DNA of 64,000 nucleotides from a virus (Duplodnaviria; Heunggongvirae; Uroviricota; Caudoviricetes): IMG/VR virus record IMGVR_UViG_2939142107_000001, positions 26,843 to 90,842 of that record; one strand, 5' to 3'. Shown piece by piece: positions 10,640 to 23,821 of this stretch (position 1 is its first letter; each line of letters starts with the position of its first letter). The notes under the pieces were generated by a model. It saw only the letters and a program-made list of their open reading frames with translations, ran no database searches and was not told where the DNA came from. The position numbers and the translations under genes were made by a program.

Positions 10640-10946
10640 AATCGCGGCGCCATTAGGCGGAGATGCCATTATCGAATTTGATGATAATGAAGAAGTTTCC
10701 GGGCGTTTAAGCATTATCTCCGGTGACATTACCGAGGACATGATCGCTGAAGCCATAGCTGGGGCAAATCCCAATAGCTATATGGGATTCGTTAACACCC
10801 TTGATGCTCCCGCAAGTGATGTTCTCCGAACGCTGCATCTTTACGCTGGCTGGTTTGTTGATTGGCCAGCAGTAGAGGGTGGCGATGAGGACGACGACGA
10901 TGACGACGATGATTTTGGGGATCATGTAGACCAGATCGTATATTGA
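10629..10946 (+). CDS. Small acidic protein with poly-Asp tract
   Basis: 105-aa ORF overlapping ddrB stop; DEDDDDDDDD near C-terminus; followed by terminator. Confidence 0.5.
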   Translation: MQIKIAAPLGGDAIIEFDDNEEVSGRLSIISGDITEDMIAEAIAGANPNSYMGFVNTLDAPASDVLRTLHLYAGWFVDWPAVEGGDEDDDDDDDDFGDHVDQIVY

Positions 10947-10950
10947 AGAA

Positions 10951-10977
10951 ATCCCGCCAATCGGCGGGATTTTTTTT
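10951..10977 (+). terminator. Rho-independent terminator (shared by convergent genes)
   Basis: atcccgcc-aatc-ggcgggat hairpin followed by T7 run. Confidence 0.65.
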
Positions 10978-11770
10978 AATCGCTTTCCACTTCTTCCGTA
11001 GTGTTTTCTTGCAGTTCTGTTAATGCAGCACGACACAGGTTCCGGGCATTGGCTATAGCCACACTTTTGACTTCATCCGTCATCGTGCAGGTAATGTACT
11101 GATCGAGTTCTTCAGCGCGGATGATGCTTTTGCCAATCAGAAACTGTATTTGCCAGAGCAGATCAGCATCCATAATCAGAATTTCTGCCGGGCCTTCAGG
11201 ACCAGCCGGGAAGGAAACATAAGACTGTTTGCCCAGGCCGATAACTCGACAACTTGCTTCAAGAATTGCGCGATTGAGGTCTGACTTTGTAACTGAAACA
11301 GGTTGATTTTCACCTGTGATTACGCCGTTGACATGGATGTGGAATGGCATGTAGCTTGAAATTCGCTCTACTTTCCATACGCCAGCAAGCGATCCTTCAT
11401 GCAGCACAATGGGGGTAACCGCGAGTTTCATCTCACCATATAACTGCTGGCAGATAGCTGGATTGCTGAATACATCCAAAGGTTCACACTCAAACAGCGG
11501 CGCAATCTGTATGAGGTCCATCATGGTCATACCAGGGGTACGAGCAGTAATGAATCTGCGCATGCCAGTATCCATTGTGCGCCAGATAGCTACACCATGC
11601 TTTTTGCTCACTTCTTCAGTAAAGCCAAGGTGGCACATGATGGTTTTTTCGATAGCCAGATCAGAGATAGAAACCTTTTCGCCAGGTACACCATCATTAT
11701 TGATGGTCACTTCTACACTCTGGCCATTACGCAGGCGGTATTGAATGGTTTTAGTATTTTGTGCTGTCAT
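10976..11770 (-). CDS. Hypothetical protein
   Basis: 264-aa ORF, no motif recognised by eye. Confidence 0.55.
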   Translation of the reverse strand: MTAQNTKTIQYRLRNGQSVEVTINNDGVPGEKVSISDLAIEKTIMCHLGFTEEVSKKHGVAIWRTMDTGMRRFITARTPGMTMMDLIQIAPLFECEPLDVFSNPAICQQLYGEMKLAVTPIVLHEGSLAGVWKVERISSYMPFHIHVNGVITGENQPVSVTKSDLNRAILEASCRVIGLGKQSYVSFPAGPEGPAEILIMDADLLWQIQFLIGKSIIRAEELDQYITCTMTDEVKSVAIANARNLCRAALTELQENTTEEVESD

Positions 11771-11972
11771 AGTCTTTTCTCTGCTTAAAAACTGATGTAT
11801 TGCGCCTTCAGGTTGGTTAGGAATGTTTTCCCACCAGCGAAAGCAATATCTCGGGGTGTTCTATTCGTTAAAAGCGCGTGCCATTGCCAACTTTGGCGTT
11901 TGTTTGCGAGTTCGTGCTTTTGTCGGCGTCTTGACCACCGCTTTTCTTTCAGTCGTTTTTTACTCATAAACT

Positions 11973-12461
11973 CTAAAACGGAATATCGTCGTCAAAGTCC
12001 ATTGGAGGTTCGTTATTGGCGTTGCTCTGAGGTTTACCGCCACCACTGTATTGCTGGTGGTTTTGAGGTTGGTTCGATTGCCCCCAGCCATTTGAGGACT
12101 GTGAATCGTCACGGCGAGCGCCGATCATTTGCATGGTGCCGCCCTGGCTGACGATAATTTCCGTCGTGTAACGTTCTACACCGGCGTCATCTGTCCACTT
12201 ACGGGTTTTAAGTTTCCCTTCGATGTAGACCTGAGAACCTTTTCGTAAATACTCACTCGCAATTTCAGCAAGTTTCCCGAACAAAACGACTCTATGCCAT
12301 TCTGTTTGCTCTTTCTGTTGGCCCGTTTGCTTGTCGCGCCATGATTCATTTGTTGCGATGCTTAGTCTTCCGACCGCTCCGCCATTTGGTATATACCTGA
12401 TCTCCGGGTCTTGCCCCAGGGTACCAATCAGGATGACTTTGTTTACACCGCGTTGTGCCAC
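11973..12461 (-). CDS. ssb: Single-stranded DNA-binding protein
   Basis: OB-fold SSB N-terminus ([15 protein letters not shown]...), Gly/Gln-rich linker and C-terminal DFDDDIPF tail. Confidence 0.95.
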   Translation of the reverse strand: MAQRGVNKVILIGTLGQDPEIRYIPNGGAVGRLSIATNESWRDKQTGQQKEQTEWHRVVLFGKLAEIASEYLRKGSQVYIEGKLKTRKWTDDAGVERYTTEIIVSQGGTMQMIGARRDDSQSSNGWGQSNQPQNHQQYSGGGKPQSNANNEPPMDFDDDIPF

Positions 12462-12480
12462 TTATCTTACCTAATAAAAT

Positions 12481-12497
12481 AAAATGATTAGAGCAAT
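12481..12497. promoter_or_regulatory. C1-operator-like site in ssb/lyz divergent region
   Basis: aaaatgATTAGAGCAAT, reverse-orientation match to the P1 C1 operator core ATTGCTCTAAT. Confidence 0.5.
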
Positions 12498-12629
12498 AAT
12501 GTATATCTTTGAAACGTAGCTAACAAGTGATTTGCATTATCCTGTGCCTTCTAAAGGGATCGAGTCAGTCGGTATTGGCTGTGAATGGGTGTTTGTCCTG
12601 GAGCGTAAAAATTCGCTTATGAGGTCTTT

Positions 12630-13187
12630 ATGAAGGGAAAAACAGCCGCAGGAGGCGGTGCAATTTGCGCTATCGCGGTGATGATTACCATCGTAATGGG
12701 TAATGGCAATGTGCGAACCAACCAGGCGGGGCTTGAGCTGATTGGTAACGCTGAAGGTTGCCGACGTGATCCATACATGTGCCCGGCGGGGGTATGGACT
12801 GACGGGATCGGTAATACACACGGGGTAACGCCGGGTGTGCGAAAAACCGACCAGCAAATCGCCGCTGATTGGGAAAAGAATATCCTGATCGCTGAACGCT
12901 GTATTAATCAGCACTTCCGGGGCAAAGACATGCCCGATAATGCCTTTAGTGCAATGACAAGCGCGGCATTCAATATGGGATGCAATAGCTTACGGACCTA
13001 CTACAGCAAAGCGCGAGGCATGCGAGTCGAAACGTCCATCCACAAGTGGGCGCAGAAAGGGGAATGGGTGAATATGTGTAACCATCTCCCTGATTTTGTG
13101 AACAGTAACGGCGTGCCCCTGCGAGGTTTAAAGATTCGCCGTGAAAAAGAACGCCAGCTTTGCCTGACGGGACTGGTCAATGAATAA
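12630..13187 (+). CDS. lyz: SAR endolysin, T4-type lysozyme
   Basis: 185 aa; N-terminal hydrophobic signal-anchor (GGGAICAIAVMITIVMG) then E-x8-D-x5-T catalytic triad context NAEGCRRDPYMCPAGVWTDGIGNTHG. Confidence 0.9.
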   Translation: MKGKTAAGGGAICAIAVMITIVMGNGNVRTNQAGLELIGNAEGCRRDPYMCPAGVWTDGIGNTHGVTPGVRKTDQQIAADWEKNILIAERCINQHFRGKDMPDNAFSAMTSAAFNMGCNSLRTYYSKARGMRVETSIHKWAQKGEWVNMCNHLPDFVNSNGVPLRGLKIRREKERQLCLTGLVNE

Positions 13188-13434
13188 ACTCCGGCAGCTC
13201 CGCAGACTTTCGACAATGAAGTTATCGCTGGCAGCGATAGTTTTCGACTCGATTTTCATGGCGGTATATGTGCTTAATGAAACGTGGCCACTGGAACCGC
13301 TATTGTATGCCGGGCTTCGGCTGTGCCTGACATTTTTGAGCATGGCCGCGAGATTGATGCAGCAGAAAGAAACCGCTTCAGATTGTCCACGCCGCGCGGT
13401 GCGCAAATATATGGCACGCAGGCGAAGTCGATAA
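13180..13434 (+). CDS. Small basic/hydrophobic protein downstream of lyz
   Basis: 84-aa ORF overlapping lyz stop, hydrophobic core; function unknown. Confidence 0.35.
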   Translation: MNKLRQLRRLSTMKLSLAAIVFDSIFMAVYVLNETWPLEPLLYAGLRLCLTFLSMAARLMQQKETASDCPRRAVRKYMARRRSR

Positions 13435-13445
13435 TAGTTAACGAG

Positions 13446-13473
13446 AACCCCGGCACTCGCCGGGGTTATTTTT
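13446..13473 (+). terminator. Rho-independent terminator between convergent lysis and head genes
   Basis: aaccccggc-actc-gccggggtt hairpin followed by atttttt. Confidence 0.65.
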
Positions 13474-13478
13474 GGTGG

Positions 13479-16209
<2,731 letters not shown>

Positions 16210-16276
16210 TTAATTAGAATAATTCGTATCGTGTTTGAACGGAAATTTAACACTAGTCACTTGTTAAGGATTACCA

Positions 16277-19200
16277 ATGAACAAGCTATCTATGGGAGTG
16301 TTTCGCTGTTCAAGTGTCAGCGAAATATTGAAATACATTAGGGCAATAACATCTCACCGAGCGCCGATTAAATACGGCGTGGAAAAGGTGGAAGGCAAAA
16401 GCTATGACCGACTGCGCCGTGAGGCGAATCAGAAGGCGATAGATTTGCTTAATTCGCTGGTGGACGGCGCGACACTGACAGATGAACAGCGCCAGATCCT
16501 GGCTGGGTACACCGGTGAAGGCGGCATTGGCGGGTCCGTCTCCGAATATTACACACCAAAGCCGATCGCTGAAGGTGTCTGGGAGATCATGAAGCTCTAC
16601 GGCGCGGACGTAGGTAACACTCTGGAACCATCGGCGGGAACCGGCGTTTTTAATGAGACAAAACCGGTTGGTACGGTGATGACCGCGACTGAGATCAGCA
16701 GTGTTTCCGGTCGTATAAACCAGCTGTTACATCCGGAAGACAGCGTACAAATTTCCCCGTTCGAACAACTGGCTGTAAGCACGCCTAACGATTCATTCGA
16801 CCATGTTGTGGGTAACGTTCCGTTCGGCGGTCGTGATAACACACGCAACATCGATAAGCCTTACGCAGAAGAAACGGACATGGGGTCTTACTTCATGCTC
16901 CGCATGTTGGACAAGATAAAGCCTGGCGGATTCATGTGCGTGATTGTGCCGCCGTCCATTGTTTCAGGTTCAAACATGAAGCGGTTACGCCTGCGCCTAT
17001 CCCGTAAAGCTGAATTTCTTGGTGCCCACCGCTTGCCTACCGGTACTTTTGACGCAAACGGGACCAGTACGGTCGTTGACGTGGTGCTGATGCGCAAACA
17101 TCCGGCGGAGATGGCTGAGAAAATCCCCCTGGTGGATGAGAGCACTCTTGAATCGGCAAATGTGCTTTGGCCAACGTTTATTTCTGGCAAGTGGTTTGAA
17201 AAGGATGGCCGCCGGTTTGTTCATGGCACCCAGGAAAAGGGCTTCCAGGGGCGTATTGAGGTTCGTGCCGACGGTCAGATTGATAACCAGGCTCTTAAAG
17301 CGAAGCTGATTCATCGTTTCGAAAGCCGTATCGACTGGTCTTTGCTCGATATGGCTGAACCGTCACCGACCGCAGATGTTGTTGATGAAGGGGAAATGCG
17401 CCTGATTAATGGCGTATGGCAAAAATATGCTGGTGGTCGCTGGATTGAAGCTGATGCCGGGAAGGAGCTGAAGATTGAGGTTGCCAGTTATGGCGCGGAT
17501 AGCTGGGAGGCTCTTCAGCGTAACCTGACTACAACAGAAGGCCGTCTCGGTATGACATTTACCCAGATGGCAAATGTCCGCGATAAGTACACCACATCAA
17601 TCAGCGACGATATGGTGCAGCTGGTGGACTGGATTAACAGCCAGCCTGAAAAATACCGTGAACGCTTGTATCGTGGAGCGATGATTGGCCGGATGTTAAT
17701 TGAATATCAGGATATGAAGGCCGCCGGGCATAGTGCTGAACAAATCGAACAGCAGCGCCTTTCTCTGGTATCCCGTTTGCAGGCAGAGATTGACCGTTTT
17801 GGTAACCCCGGTCGCGGTCCGATAGCGAAATTATCGGGGAGCGGTGCGCGCGCCTGGTTTGCTTTCCGTGGTGCAATTAAGCTGGATGGCACTATTTCTG
17901 ACGAGCTGACAGGAAAACTGGTTACGCATGATTCCAGCGCCAGTTATGACTCTACCAGCTATCAGGACACCCTGCGTTATCTCTACAGTGATCTCACTCG
18001 CGATCCAATCCAGCTCGATGATTTCCGCCTTGCGTTTACCGGCGAACTGCCAGCCAGTGATGACGAGTTGCTTAATTTATTGGCCAGCACCCCTGGCATT
18101 GCGGTTTCACCGTATGGCGGGATTGTTCCGTTCGCCCGCGCCACCAGCGGCGACATTAACGAGATAGTGGCTCCAAAACAGGAATTCCTCGCCACGCTCC
18201 CCGACGGTCCAGTAAAGAACAACGTCCTTAATCAGCTGGCAGCGATCGAAGAGAAGCGCATCAAGACGCCAGCAGAGAATATCCGGTTTAAGCTCAATAG
18301 CCGTTGGTTCGACCGTTCCGTCATTCTGGAATTTTTGCAGGAAAACGGCTATCCGGATCTGCGCTATGTGCAGTCAGTGCAGCTGGAAGGCGACGAAATG
18401 GTTTCTGACACCTATCACGGTGGTGATGGTCTGTTCGTCGGGCACCGATACGGTGTCGTCCAGCGTAAGGATAAAGAAACAGGCGAGATCCGCTACGAGT
18501 GGGACCGTAAATCAGGTGAAAACGCGACCGGGTTCCCGGCACAGCTGGAAAAGTATCTCAATGGTGCGCGTATCGGTGGCAAAGATAGCGCGACGGCGAA
18601 CGGCTACCGCGAGCAGATGGCACTGCTTGAGGACCAGTTCAATAAGTGGATCAAGACGCACGATCGCTACGATGAGCTGGTTGCCAAATACAACGATGTG
18701 TTCAATAGCAATATCCCGTATGAACACTCTGGCGATCCGCTTGGGTTGAAGGGATTAAGCGGTAAGCGCCAGCCATTTGATTACCAGAATAGCGAGGTGC
18801 GCCGACTGTCCGAAGATGGGCGCGGCATCCTGGGCTTCGGCACCGGGCTGGGTAAAACCACGACCGCGCTGGCGCTTGAGGCGTTCAACTATGAGAACGG
18901 TCGCTCCACCCGTACTGCGTATGTAGTGCCTAAATCAGTGCTGGAAAACTGGTATTACGAAGCAAAAGAATTCCTGAGTGAAGAGGCATTCAGTAACTAC
19001 CTGTTCGTCGGTCTTGATGTGCTGATGGATGGCGATCAGATTCGCCAGGTGCCGGTGCTCGATGAGAACGGTAAACCTGTTCTTGGTACTGATGGCACTC
19101 CAGTTATGCGCGATGCCCTAAAACTGGCAGATGAAGCCACTATCACGGCGCGGATGAACGCGATCCCGCACTCAAATTACCGTGCAGTCGTGTTTACCAA

Positions 19201-22200
19201 AGAACAATACGCCCGCATTCCGCTACGTGATGACACCGTAGATGAGCATGCACAGGATATGCTTTATGACTTCGTTGCCGCCGGACGCGTAGCCAGCGCA
19301 ATGGACTCCGACTCCCACCGCAAAGAGGCCGCGCGTCGCCGGGTATTGTCGGAGTATTCAGATACCGGCACCGAAAAAGCAGAGAAGTATCCGTACTTTG
19401 AGGATATGGGCTTCGATAGTGTGATCGCTGACGAAGGTCACAACTACCGCAATAGCTATAAAAATGGTCGCGAAGCGTCACAACTGGCCTATCTGCCCAC
19501 CAGCGCGGTGGCGCAATCGGCGCGAGATATGGCAATTAAAAACGCGTACCTGATGAAAAAGAATGGCGGGCGCGGGCCGGTTCTCCTGACTGCAACGCCA
19601 GTCGTTAACACCCCGATCGATGCATACAACATGCTTTCTCATGTTCTGCCGAAGGAATACTGGCAGAACATGGGGATCTACGGTCCTGATGACTTCGTTA
19701 AATTCTTCGGCAAGACCAGGCTGGAAACGGTACAGAAAATTAGCGGTGAAGTTGAAGAAAAAATGGCGCTGATGGGCTTTGAAAACCTTGATGCGCTGCG
19801 CGGTATATTCCATCGCTGGGTAACGCTTAAAACGGCGGAAGACGTTAAGGATACCGTGGAGATCCCGGAGCTGGACGAACACCAGCAGGATGCACCACTT
19901 ACTGAAGAACAACTGGCGGCGTATGAAGAATTGCGTCAGCAGGCGGAAGCGGCGGCCAAAGCCAACAATGGCGTAACGACCTCGGTCAATGAAGACGGCG
20001 TGATTGAGCACGAGAAAGCCCGTCCGATCTTCTCAATAATCAGGGATATGGACCGCGTATGTACTGACATGGACCTGTACTATCGCCGGATCACCTATCG
20101 TTTCCTGCCGGAGTACGCCGATGCGGTGCAGCAGCTGGCGGACAGTTTGCCTAAACAAGCCACCAGCGAAGACGACGACAGTGATGATTCAATCACGCAG
20201 CAATCGCAATACTCCCTGATAGATAAGGGCGAGTTTATTCAGTTGCAGGTTCCGGAAGCGTTCGAGCAGGAAGTGAATAAGCGCCTGGCCAGGTTTGGCA
20301 TTGACGAACAGACCGTAACTCACCCCGTTACGCCCAAATACGCGAAGCTGATCGCCACGCTGAAGGAGTTTTTCCCGGAAGGTAAGCAAATCATCTTCAC
20401 CGATGAAAAAACGCAGCACCAGAAGCTCAAGCGCATTATCTGCAATGCTCTAAACCTTGAACCTTCAAAGGTGGGGATCCTGAATGCTCAGACGGTTGCC
20501 GAGGCAGGTAAAACCGGTAAGAAACTGAAAGCGGTTAAACCGCCGAAAGAGCTACCGGATGAACCAACAGATGCACAGATAGCGAAATACAACGAGCAAA
20601 TGGCTCTGTATGACGCCTATATCGCGCAGCAAAATGAAATGTCGTTGGGCGGTCTGGAAAAGATTGCAGCCGACTTCCAGGAGGGCCGGACTCCGATCAT
20701 CATCTGCAACAAAAAGGCAGAGGTGGGTATCAACCTGCATCGAGGAACGACGGATATCCACCACCTGACGTTGCCGTGGACACCAGCCAGTATCGCACAG
20801 CGTAACGGTCGCGGTGCCCGAGTTGGTTCCAACCGTGCAAGCGTTCGCGTTCACTACTACTGCGGCAAGGGGTCTTTCGATGAATACCGACTGAAGACGC
20901 TGAAGCGTAAAGCAGGCTGGATCTCCGATATCCTCCGTTCAGATAAGTCAGAAATGGAGAACGCCGACGCCAATGACATGATCGAAATGCAGATGTATAC
21001 CGCGAAGGATGACGGCGAACGTCTGGCAATGATGCAGGTTCAAATGGATAAGGCGAAAGCTGCGAAACGCGCTCGCCAGAAAGAACAGGCTACTATCGAC
21101 CTTCAGAACTACATCAAGGCGCAGCACGCAGCTGGCGAGGATGTGGAGGTACTTACCGCTGAATTAGAGCGAAGCAAAGCGGAACTTGAAAAGACCACCG
21201 CCGAGGTAGCTAAATTCAAACAGGCGGCAATGGCCAAGGCAGCGGATAACGCAGACTGGAAGGCCCGCTGGGGGAGTGTCCATCACACAGACCGTATGTT
21301 GTTAGCACAGTATCGCGCGTCGTTGAAAAGCGCCATTCAGCGCAAGGCTAATATCTCTCAGGCCATCTCCCGCTATGAGAAATTATTGAACCGTACTCAG
21401 AAGGCCGCGACGGATATCAAACGCCTGCGCCCGCTGGTGGAGGATGCAATAAATAAAGGCATTCTGGATGTTGATCCTGATCTGGTTAACCATGCGAATG
21501 AGTTCCTTGTTATCGGCGATCGCTCATGGCGTGTAGGCCAATACTACGATTGTGCCGGTGATATCGTTCGCATTAAGTCGCTGGACTTCGACAGCCAGCG
21601 CGCAGACGTGGAGATCATCTTTACCTTAAGAGGCACCAAATCGGGTAACTGGGATGTGAAGACGCTGGATAAACAGGTGGATGTAACTCCCGATGAAGAT
21701 GCTGTTATGCAGAAAATCAGTGGTGGCGTCTCCATCGCCGGGATTAACGACATCATTTCCTGTGACGATTTCTACCGTTTCCAGCAGCGCGGCATGATCA
21801 AAATCACTGACTCATACGGCGTTCAGACTACAGAGTCAGGCTATAGCATTGATTTTGTTGGTACCTATACGGACCCACTGAAGCATGCGGTTTACCCGGA
21901 TCGCCGTGACGGCGCGCTGAAGTCGTCAATTGCAAAATGGGTGCTTGGTATGATGTCGGAAGGGAATAACCGCCAGATCCGTTCGGCAGAAACATTCCTG
22001 GTTGAATTGTTTGGCTCCAATTATGGCGATGTAATCGCGTCATACGGAGATACGCTATCCCCTGAAGCAATTCAGGAGAAAATAGCGGATGCGATCGCAA
22101 AAATGCCGGAGAAAACAAGCCAGGGGGCTACTCGTAACGGGGATTCTGAACTTGAGGTCACCAATGCCATTTTCGGTACCCATGAGTTCCGGGCGTCAGA

Positions 22201-23044
22201 TTATGAGATCACCACAGCACAGTTTGGCACCATTGGCATTTACAGCAATAAAGCCGAGATCAAGCAGGCAATGGACGCAGCAAACGCGCGCATCGCAGCA
22301 GAACGGGAAGCCAATCTGAATCATGCAGTCGCCGCACTGACTCAATCGTGGGTAACAGCAATCAGGGAGGCCGCCACCACAGGGAAAATCACACCTGCAA
22401 TTGCGGATGTCGTAAACGCCGGCTCTAAATTTATGGATGCCTATCAAATGGATGCGGTGCAGTTGCCATCAGCCTATGGCCAACTCAGCTATCGCATGAC
22501 CTACAACCTGGTATCAATGTTTTCCGACCTTGCCATCCTTGGGCTGGTGGATCTTAACGAGGTTACGCCGGAATTGCTCAGCATGCGCAAGAATCATGTG
22601 GAGATATTGCAGAGAATTAACACGGTTCTTGCCGGGCGCACCGATGAAGAGAAACAGGCCGACGCTGATCGGATAAACCTGGCCCTTGGCAACATCACGG
22701 AGGAAGAAATTGCCGCCAGAAACGAGAAACAAGAAGAGTTATCATCAATACAGGGTGATGCCACCAGCATAGCTCAGTCTCTTGGTCTGAATTATCGCGT
22801 ATCCACCGCCGACCTGAAGATGATGTACGCACCGAAATTCGCCGCTGGCGAGGTATTTGGGCTTCAGGAAGCCTCAGGCATGAAAGGCGTTCTTTTCCGT
22901 GCGAAAGACGCAATCAAGGCGAAATTCGGCGCTCGCTGGCTGCCAGCGAAGGCGAAGAACAGCGATTTCCCGGGTAACTGGTGGATTATCGAGACAAAAC
23001 ACAACGTGGCGGACGTTCTGGCCGTCATCCAACAATACGCATAA
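16277..23044 (+). CDS. darB: DarB antirestriction protein: N-terminal N6-adenine methyltransferase-like domain plus DExH helicase domain
   Basis: 2255 aa; SAM motif LEPSAGTGVF and NVPF (NPPF-like) motif; Walker A GFGTGLGKTT, DEGH box, QRNGRGARVG motif VI; matches size recalled for P1 DarB. Confidence 0.93.
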   Translation: MNKLSMGVFRCSSVSEILKYIRAITSHRAPIKYGVEKVEGKSYDRLRREANQKAIDLLNSLVDGATLTDEQRQILAGYTGEGGIGGSVSEYYTPKPIAEGVWEIMKLYGADVGNTLEPSAGTGVFNETKPVGTVMTATEISSVSGRINQLLHPEDSVQISPFEQLAVSTPNDSFDHVVGNVPFGGRDNTRNIDKPYAEETDMGSYFMLRMLDKIKPGGFMCVIVPPSIVSGSNMKRLRLRLSRKAEFLGAHRLPTGTFDANGTSTVVDVVLMRKHPAEMAEKIPLVDESTLESANVLWPTFISGKWFEKDGRRFVHGTQEKGFQGRIEVRADGQIDNQALKAKLIHRFESRIDWSLLDMAEPSPTADVVDEGEMRLINGVWQKYAGGRWIEADAGKELKIEVASYGADSWEALQRNLTTTEGRLGMTFTQMANVRDKYTTSISDDMVQLVDWINSQPEKYRERLYRGAMIGRMLIEYQDMKAAGHSAEQIEQQRLSLVSRLQAEIDRFGNPGRGPIAKLSGSGARAWFAFRGAIKLDGTISDELTGKLVTHDSSASYDSTSYQDTLRYLYSDLTRDPIQLDDFRLAFTGELPASDDELLNLLASTPGIAVSPYGGIVPFARATSGDINEIVAPKQEFLATLPDGPVKNNVLNQLAAIEEKRIKTPAENIRFKLNSRWFDRSVILEFLQENGYPDLRYVQSVQLEGDEMVSDTYHGGDGLFVGHRYGVVQRKDKETGEIRYEWDRKSGENATGFPAQLEKYLNGARIGGKDSATANGYREQMALLEDQFNKWIKTHDRYDELVAKYNDVFNSNIPYEHSGDPLGLKGLSGKRQPFDYQNSEVRRLSEDGRGILGFGTGLGKTTTALALEAFNYENGRSTRTAYVVPKSVLENWYYEAKEFLSEEAFSNYLFVGLDVLMDGDQIRQVPVLDENGKPVLGTDGTPVMRDALKLADEATITARMNAIPHSNYRAVVFTKEQYARIPLRDDTVDEHAQDMLYDFVAAGRVASAMDSDSHRKEAARRRVLSEYSDTGTEKAEKYPYFEDMGFDSVIADEGHNYRNSYKNGREASQLAYLPTSAVAQSARDMAIKNAYLMKKNGGRGPVLLTATPVVNTPIDAYNMLSHVLPKEYWQNMGIYGPDDFVKFFGKTRLETVQKISGEVEEKMALMGFENLDALRGIFHRWVTLKTAEDVKDTVEIPELDEHQQDAPLTEEQLAAYEELRQQAEAAAKANNGVTTSVNEDGVIEHEKARPIFSIIRDMDRVCTDMDLYYRRITYRFLPEYADAVQQLADSLPKQATSEDDDSDDSITQQSQYSLIDKGEFIQLQVPEAFEQEVNKRLARFGIDEQTVTHPVTPKYAKLIATLKEFFPEGKQIIFTDEKTQHQKLKRIICNALNLEPSKVGILNAQTVAEAGKTGKKLKAVKPPKELPDEPTDAQIAKYNEQMALYDAYIAQQNEMSLGGLEKIAADFQEGRTPIIICNKKAEVGINLHRGTTDIHHLTLPWTPASIAQRNGRGARVGSNRASVRVHYYCGKGSFDEYRLKTLKRKAGWISDILRSDKSEMENADANDMIEMQMYTAKDDGERLAMMQVQMDKAKAAKRARQKEQATIDLQNYIKAQHAAGEDVEVLTAELERSKAELEKTTAEVAKFKQAAMAKAADNADWKARWGSVHHTDRMLLAQYRASLKSAIQRKANISQAISRYEKLLNRTQKAATDIKRLRPLVEDAINKGILDVDPDLVNHANEFLVIGDRSWRVGQYYDCAGDIVRIKSLDFDSQRADVEIIFTLRGTKSGNWDVKTLDKQVDVTPDEDAVMQKISGGVSIAGINDIISCDDFYRFQQRGMIKITDSYGVQTTESGYSIDFVGTYTDPLKHAVYPDRRDGALKSSIAKWVLGMMSEGNNRQIRSAETFLVELFGSNYGDVIASYGDTLSPEAIQEKIADAIAKMPEKTSQGATRNGDSELEVTNAIFGTHEFRASDYEITTAQFGTIGIYSNKAEIKQAMDAANARIAAEREANLNHAVAALTQSWVTAIREAATTGKITPAIADVVNAGSKFMDAYQMDAVQLPSAYGQLSYRMTYNLVSMFSDLAILGLVDLNEVTPELLSMRKNHVEILQRINTVLAGRTDEEKQADADRINLALGNITEEEIAARNEKQEELSSIQGDATSIAQSLGLNYRVSTADLKMMYAPKFAAGEVFGLQEASGMKGVLFRAKDAIKAKFGARWLPAKAKNSDFPGNWWIIETKHNVADVLAVIQQYA

Positions 23045-23077
23045 CAGGAGCGCCCGGTTCGCCGGGCGTCGCATAAT

Positions 23078-23518
23078 ATGGCCACACTATCTGATACAAT
23101 AAAACCGAATAAAACATATCTTGAGGCGGTACTCCGTACAGCGTTGTTAGGAAAGACAGAAGACGAATACGTTGATTTCTTCCTGTCAGGGCTACGCGGG
23201 CGATTACTGAAAAATCCCCGCCTGTACCGCAGCTATGGTCCATACTGGCCGGAAATTAAAAAATTATTACTGGAGCGCGGTTATGGTAATTTCGGTCGTC
23301 TCGTTGACCGTGACGTTCGCAAAATTTACCGTTATGACCGCCCGGCTCTAACACTCATAGCCGCGACGCTCTACAGCCAGGAGCGTTTTGATAATGGTCA
23401 GATATACTCAGCCTGGCATTTACTGCCAGTGCCTGAAGAAGTTGACGACCAGGACTATGAATTTGAGTCTTACGATTTGGAAGTTGAAGCCTTGGCACAG
23501 GCTGGAGAGAAAACTTGA
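23078..23518 (+). CDS. ulx: Ulx-like protein
   Basis: 146-aa ORF directly after darB; synteny. Confidence 0.45.
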   Translation: MATLSDTIKPNKTYLEAVLRTALLGKTEDEYVDFFLSGLRGRLLKNPRLYRSYGPYWPEIKKLLLERGYGNFGRLVDRDVRKIYRYDRPALTLIAATLYSQERFDNGQIYSAWHLLPVPEEVDDQDYEFESYDLEVEALAQAGEKT

Positions 23519-23763
23519 AAAAGCGATACTACACAGTAAAGCATGGGACGCTACGAGCATTACAAGAGTTTGCTGATAAGCATAACGTTGAGGTGCGCAG
23601 GGAAGGGGGAAGTAAAGCTCTGCGCATGTACCGCCCGGACGGGAAATGGCGTACGGTCGTCGATTTCAAAACTAACAGCGTTCCCCAGGGCGTCCGCGAC
23701 CGGGCATTCGAAGAATGGGAGCAAATCATCATAGATAATGCATTGCTCCTGAATGCTGATTAA
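23515..23763 (+). CDS. lxc: Lxc-like small protein (TTG start)
   Basis: 82-aa ORF overlapping ulx stop, GGAGAG before TTG; synteny. Confidence 0.4.
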   Translation: MKKRYYTVKHGTLRALQEFADKHNVEVRREGGSKALRMYRPDGKWRTVVDFKTNSVPQGVRDRAFEEWEQIIIDNALLLNAD

Positions 23764-23821
23764 GTTTGTCTAGCCCGGTTAATACCGGGCTGGTTTAGAC
23801 ATCTTAAGTGGGTGTTAATTT

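Noticed and set aside
11785-11967. 60-aa highly basic ORF between ssb and the 264-aa gene
   Set aside because: Could be real, but there is no supporting motif and it fills a probable intergenic/terminator region; not called.
16597-22913. Numerous 60-180 aa ORFs on both strands inside darB
   Set aside because: All lie within or antisense to the continuous 2255-aa darB frame with recognisable domains; treated as spurious.
23049-23068. GC-rich hairpin (gcgcccgg-ttc-gccgggcg) between darB stop and ulx start, considered as a terminator
   Set aside because: No downstream T-run, and ulx appears co-transcribed; at most a pause or attenuator structure, not called.
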